Below are positions 57,816 to 64,000 of a stretch of DNA of 64,000 bases, piece by piece. Source of the stretch: Lingula anatina (Eukaryota; Animalia; Brachiopoda). The translations under genes were made by a program, and so were the position numbers. The notes under the pieces were generated by a model. It was not told the DNA's origin and searched no databases. It worked only from the letters and a program-made list of their open reading frames with translations. The stretch covers positions 39,252,401 through 39,316,400 of the forward strand of contig CM120641.1 in assembly GCA_051362555.1 (NCBI GenBank). The letters are read 5' to 3'. How positions within the stretch are numbered: the stretch's first letter is position 1; every line of letters starts with the position of its first letter.

Positions 57816-59461
57816 CCAGCAGACAAAGGTGAGAAGCATCTAAAACTTACATCCACAAATTTTACGTACTATTCAGTGCAAATCATTCATCCCCCATACT
57901 AGTTACATGCATCGGATGATCCACTGTGTTCACACTTTGCAATATTCATTCAATTATTTCTAAATAAAGAGAAGCAATATTTGCTATTGAAATGTTAGTA
58001 AGGCTCCATATTTTAAGTTAAAGACAAAATTCCATACTGGGTTCACTGTATTTTTTATTAATGCACTGAAGTGAAAGTTACAATGTCAAAAAGAAAAATA
58101 ATCTTTTTGAAACACTGATATACACCATATTTCTATTTCTTATGGAATAATTTGTTACTACACAAAAAGTACTTTGCATGTTCAAGGTATACATTTGGTT
58201 AACTTGGCAGGTTTTTCTTCCAAAAAAGGTAGGAATTCCTTTGATGAAAAATGTATTTAGATGCAAAAAGATGTAGATTAGATTTTTCAAAAAGATCTGG
58301 CTATCATATCTGTATACATACAATAATGGCAAAAATAAGATTGTGAAAGTTGATTATCAAAAACAAATCTCTTCTCCTTCACCTGAAATACCAAAGAATA
58401 CAAAGAAGTATAAATGTGCAAGCAACAAATAAATGTAAAATCAACCTGGATTTTAGTATTTTAAAGCGAAAAATTATAAATGCCAACTTTTTTCTGAACA
58501 CTTTATATCTATGCTCATGATTACTTCTGAAATTTTCACCAAATGCTTTATATATTTCACTAAACAAAATGACAACATCAACATCAATCCACACTGATTT
58601 GGTAAATAGTTAGAAATGCTCTTTTAGAGTAAAAGTACACTGTAACATTATTCAACATGTCAACTACAAACAAGTTTCATGTAACTATACATATATGCAT
58701 AGTCTCCAAAATAAAATGGAATGTTTAAAGCTAAGCAAAAGTTGTTAACATATTGGCATGAATGGTAATTTATTTTTGCTTAGATGAAATGAAATACTAT
58801 AAGAAGAGTGTACGGCACAGAAACAGCAGCTTAAATATTGCAACAAGCTGTCTTTTTTGAACTACATAAATGGTAACAGGACATTTACATGGCTTGGGTT
58901 AATGTTACATATATTCAGTCTAAGTTTTAAACCAACTCCCATCACAGCTATGTGGTATATTGTGCCAGTTTTTAACCAGTTCGACCTTTTTCATGGAATA
59001 TTCAGAATGCAACCAACTTGTGAAACCAGTTAATGATGCTGATTGACATTTAATGTTCTTACCATTTTAAGATATCAACTTTGAACTTGATAGATATTTG
59101 AGAAATATATACCCTTTAAATGAACTTAAGAAAATATTATGTATCTTGAGTATAATTCAAAAATAAAGACTAAATGTCAATTTAGAATCACAGTCAATGA
59201 CTTTAGAGCGTTGTGCACAGATTATGCTTAAATATACCTCAATTTACTCCTACACCTTGACAAAAAGCCATTATAATAAGGATTTACAAAAAAATGGATT
59301 TCACAGAAATAAAGTACAACAAATTTGTTAACTTGAGAAAATGTAATCCCTTTTTTCCTATGTTATCCTAATGCAGGTTAAAAGTGAGTATTTCAAACAA
59401 AGGGTAATTGGTACTCTGTGAAAGAAAAAATTAGAATAAATTCAGATATGAACATAAGTTT

Positions 59462-60517
59462 CTAATTTGAAGACCAAGTAACTTTGTCCCCAGCTCTGAG
59501 AAGGGCGTTGGAGCTTGGATAGACCACTCCATTAACAGACAAAGTATTCAACTCCAACTGACCAAAATGCAGTTCCAGTGAATATTGGATTTTACCTGCA
59601 AGGAGATTTTCTGCTTCCAAAGAACCTACAACCCCAGGCAACAAGACAGGATATCTGTATGGTGGGGCAACCTTGGGGTTGAACTTTAATATACCATCAG
59701 GGATACTTGCCCACTGGCCAGTCAGAGCAAATATCATATACCATGATGACATATAGTAACCATAGTGACTGGTCATGAAGCTCTGACCCTCCAGTCCATA
59801 ACCCACTCCTCCTGTGATTCCTGCTGCATTCCACTGGTCGTTTTCGATGGAGCGCCACCTATCTAAAGTCACCTTAGCCACATTGATGGCATTGGTGACA
59901 TTCTGCTCCAAGTGGATGTTAAGAGTCCCCCAGTTAGGGTTAGCCATCTGCCAAATACAGTTATCTCTGAAGGGTTTTACTGCAGGTCCAGGGTAGGGGT
60001 AACGGCCTACAAATTCAAAATATATTCAAGTGAAAAACTCTGAATTTGCATCCATATTCAGTTACATGTACACTGGGAATATATTCATAGTTATTCAAAA
60101 TTACGTAAAAACAAAAATGAACAAAGCTCTTGCTAGCTAAATGACATGATATTTTATGTAAGTTTTATATTACAAATCAGCCTACCAGTCATAACCAGCA
60201 TGCCATATGGTGTCTCGTTGTGTTCATACTCTGCTTTCAGATGTTTAATTAAACGACTGGGATCAACAAGAGGACCAAGTCCTACAGAGAATGCAACAAC
60301 CTGGAAATGATGCAAAAATATCACATGCTGCTGAGATATTCCATTTCAGAGACACTGAAATACAACTACTCAGAAACAAGTAAGATCTTGTACAGTTAAA
60401 CTATATATGAACATTAAATTTGATGAAAATATTTTATGTTCCTTATTGGCAAGGAATATTTCTCATTCCTGATTGATAATGTAACCATCTGAATGACAGC
60501 TGACAACAAGACTGTGT

Positions 60518-60585
<68 letters not shown>

Positions 60586-63500
60586 ACAGTAACCTATCTA
60601 AAAGACTGTTACCTGTGCATAAAATGAATCTGCCATAACTGCACCAGGTGTGGCAGGAAGGTTTTCTGTTACACCTGTTGGTAAAGAAATACTTTTAAAT
60701 TAATACACAATGAGAGTACATGGTTTGAAAAATAAATCATCTTTTCAAATGAAATGAAATGCAAACTGTCATCAACCAGTTATATCCATCTCTACCATTA
60801 TCTTAAGTTCAGCCAAATAGCCAAAAAAAAAAAAAAAAAAAAATCAGGAAAATCTATTTTTACTGGACAAAATTATGGTAAGAATCATAATCAAATATTT
60901 GAAATGCATTTCACAATTTTACTGGCACATAATTCTAGCAACTAGTAAAGTGTTAACACAAAGCATACTGAAGCAAATATACTAAGCCAATATTCATACC
61001 TACTAGTCCCTGTGCTTCAATCATTTTTCCCAAAGTGGATCTGAAATTCTTAGGATCAAGACGGAAGTCGATACTGTCTACTTTGTTCAGAGTAGTGTAG
61101 GCATTGTAGTACTCGTGAGTGGCATTCCACTGGTACTTATCTATGGCCTCAACTCCACGACGATAGGCAGACTGACAGGTATTTGCAAAGTCCGTGTCAC
61201 CTTGAAATATTAGAGGCATCATTCAGCTTATTTACTCTTATATTATGTCTTAAATGACTACAGATTTTTGAGGTGCTTTTATGGACACTATACAAACCTA
61301 CTGACATTTTTTAAAGACAAGCAGAACCTGAGAACATTTTCAAAATTTATTGATAACAAAGCTACACCATCTGCCATGTTAAGTAAATGTATGCAATAAC
61401 AAGAAAAAAACAAGTGAACTTGATGTATGTTATTAATCTTATCAATGCCTGCTTACCAAAAGCTAAAGCTAACTCGTAGCCAGCTCTCAATGCTAACAAA
61501 TGGAAACCAGATGTATATGCAGAGAAGTCATAGATAGTTAAAACAACATAGTCGTATGTGGTCTCCAGCTTCCTGGGTTGACCATATTCCTTTGCCTGAT
61601 CTATGTGCCACTGAACAGCCTTCTTGATATTCGGCCATAGGGATTTGACAAACTCAACCTCACCTTTCCACCTAAAATAAAAAGAGACATAACCATAACA
61701 AAGTACACCACCAAAACAGTGATACTACTACTACAATAACCACAATTGTAGATAAATGATATGAAAGATCTCTGTGTTGTGCAAAAACTAACTAGCACAA
61801 CAGCTTGTCATTATGGGAGAGTTTGGACTTAGTTTCTTAAAAATGCAGACTGCCAGGACCTTGAAGTTTTGTCAAAACTGTCTTTTATTCCATTTACTTG
61901 ATGCTTCAAGCACCAAAGGGAGGGCAAAACTAATGTCATCTATGTGACCCTTTCATCCAAGTTTACTTGTAATCTCACCCAAGCCAGTTTCCATTTTTTA
62001 ATTTTCTATGTTTTGATTTACCATATACTCAGCATGTATTGGTTCATTCCAAATGAAGCTATCATTGTAGTATCATTGGGAATGAGCTCTTAAAATTATC
62101 AATAAATACGATAGTCAACATCTATAACTAACCTATATAATTCTAAAGCATACACAGCAAACATAGATGAACAGTCTGACATGACCCTGCCTCCAGGAAC
62201 ATCTATCTCATCGCCAGGGACAAGAACACTGACACGGAGCTCCTCAGCTATCATTCCAGCTGCATTCTGAGACTTTGCCCAAGCCAACATCTTATTCTTG
62301 GTACTCTCTGGGAAGAATGTTATGTATGGAATGTGTCTTTCACCATCATTATGAACAGAGTCTGAAAAAAGTATTACATTTACACAAATTAATAAATAAA
62401 AAAATACTTATTACAGTGCATGCAAAAATGAATGAAATATCAAATACTTATTCATAAAAAATTAACTCTTTAATGTTATAAAAGTTACAGTTACATAGTA
62501 ACACTAAAGGCACATCAGGTGTCACTTGTACATTTTCTTTTACCAGATATTTTAAAGCAAGAATAAGTTATTTGGTGGGAGGGGGAGTGGTTGTCATCTG
62601 GAAATCATTTTAGACTACATATACTCAGGTTTCAGTTCTGTCCTTAATGTTTGTCTGGTCATCTGTCTGTGATATCTTACCTGTATCAGGACAGTCATAA
62701 GCTTCCCACTGCCTCCACCTGCCATCAGCAAGCCGGAATGCAGACCTAAAATAAAATAAGAAGTAAAAAAAAACGACTTCATCCTAAATCTATGTTAAGC
62801 ATTCCTTACTGAATGAAAATTACAAGATCAATAGAATATGAAATTTATTATCTTGGTGATCACAAGGATATCATAAACAGTGCACTTTAATGGACTCCAG
62901 TGGTTTAAATCTTAAAAACAGGTTAAAGTTCATGCCCAAGAATTTCCACCTCAGATAAGATGCAGACTTTCAATCAATGCTATTATGAACAACAGTAAAA
63001 TACCTTATATGTCCCAAACTGTTGACATAGATATCTTGAAGAAATTCAGGTAGAGATGAGTTGAATAAAGAATTTTGCATCAGGGTGATGTTGCCAATAG
63101 TATGAGGTAAGGCCACTGCCATCTGCTGTGCCACATCAATGGAGTCAGCAAACAGGTGCTTGTAAAAGTTACCATAAATCCTGCGCTTGAAATCGCGGTT
63201 AGGATAATACCAAGATAAAATCAATGTCACAGACTTTTCCTCCCCTGGCTGCAATGTTGTAGATAATGCCATTGCCCCATGCACATTGGGAAGTGCCCCA
63301 GATTCTGGTTTGACTGCAGTCTTCATGAATTTTCCATTAGCTGCAAAGTCATTCCAGAGATCCATCACATCATCCCCTGATCCAAAGGAGGCTGCCACAC
63401 CCTGATTGTTTAAACTGGATGCACAGATTGAAAGATTTCCACATGGGGCCACATTGCATTCACGAACCAGAGAGATACAATTTAAATTGCCTCCTGTTTC

Positions 63501-63958
63501 ATGGACTTGCCAAAAGCCTTTGACACCTGATGACCTCTGGGGATTAAACCTATTCAAGTTAACACTGGTGTAGAGTACACAAGACTTGGTGTCTTCTTGA
63601 AATGTCCATGTTCCACATTCCTTAACACTACTGCAAAGCTTCATGCACTGTAAATCATTAGTGACAGTTGAAGCTTTTTCTGATTCTAGAGTCCCTTCAA
63701 CATATGACCTGTCCTGCATCTTTTCTATTCCTAAAGGAAGGTTGAGCATGAAAGCTGCATCAACTTTGTTTGTTTTAGAAGGATTCTTCATGACCAATGT
63801 AAAGGCTATGGCTGGTGTAGCTGACTTATTGAGGTTGTTCACATAATATGTCGAGTAACCATACAAGGCAGCCTCAACAGGTACACGTGAGTCTTGCACC
63901 TCCAGTCTGGACACTGGGTGAGAGCCTTGGTACTTCATAGCCTGAACACCTGGCAAAC
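59462..63958 (-). CDS. GH116 (non-lysosomal glucosylceramidase/GBA2-like) glycoside hydrolase, 5'-incomplete; exons 63958-63004, 62745-62681, 62361-62133, 61671-61457, 61200-61000, 60674-60613, 60300-60186, 60006-59462
   Basis: GH116 N-domain features ([38 protein letters not shown]); [16 protein letters not shown] (candidate nucleophile Glu); LETTYD (acid/base, cf. DQTYD); MADSFYAQ; HYGYYMSSW. Eight frame-consistent exons. Confidence 0.85.
60523..60582. repeat. (AT)n microsatellite
   Basis: Perfect AT run. Confidence 0.95.
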
Positions 63959-63959
63959 C

Positions 63960-63960
<1 letters not shown>

Positions 63961-63994
<34 letters not shown>

Positions 63995-64000
63995 CTAGAA
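63961..64000 (+). repeat. (TAA)n microsatellite followed by AACTAGA, possibly the start of another HINE
   Basis: About ten TAA units, then AACTAGA as at 11517; truncated by the window end. Confidence 0.5.

Overview
AT-rich, intron-containing animal genomic DNA, probably an invertebrate (mollusc-like repeat landscape; species cannot be identified from the sequence). Six spliced genes were reconstructed by hand from GT-AG junctions and frame continuity. (1) A crooked-like Ly6/uPAR GPI-anchored protein (-). (2) A 64-aa microprotein made of two GY-G-GDKPDLD-HG-Q-NPNNP-Y repeats (+), with its own TATA promoter, non-coding first exon and STAT/IRF/NF-kB-like sites. (3) A CYP46A1-like cytochrome P450 (-, 14 coding exons), head-to-head with (4) canonical poly(A) polymerase (+, 21 exons). 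(5) FoxN2/3 (-). (6) The 3' part of a divergent GH116/GBA2-like glycosidase carrying an inserted PAN/apple-like module (-). Repeats include a CR1/L2-type LINE remnant, two Tourist-like MITE families, a MULE-type foldback element, and a non-autonomous Helentron (HINE) whose 146-bp array puts many nuclear-receptor elements into a CYP intron. There are also several local duplications, one carrying a dead copy of the CYP heme exon. Best leads: the repeat microprotein gene, the nuclear-receptor array in the sterol P450, the GH116-PAN fusion and a candidate 15-nt microexon in the FoxN forkhead wing. No rRNA, tRNA or CRISPR array was seen. All gene models are manual and lack transcript support.
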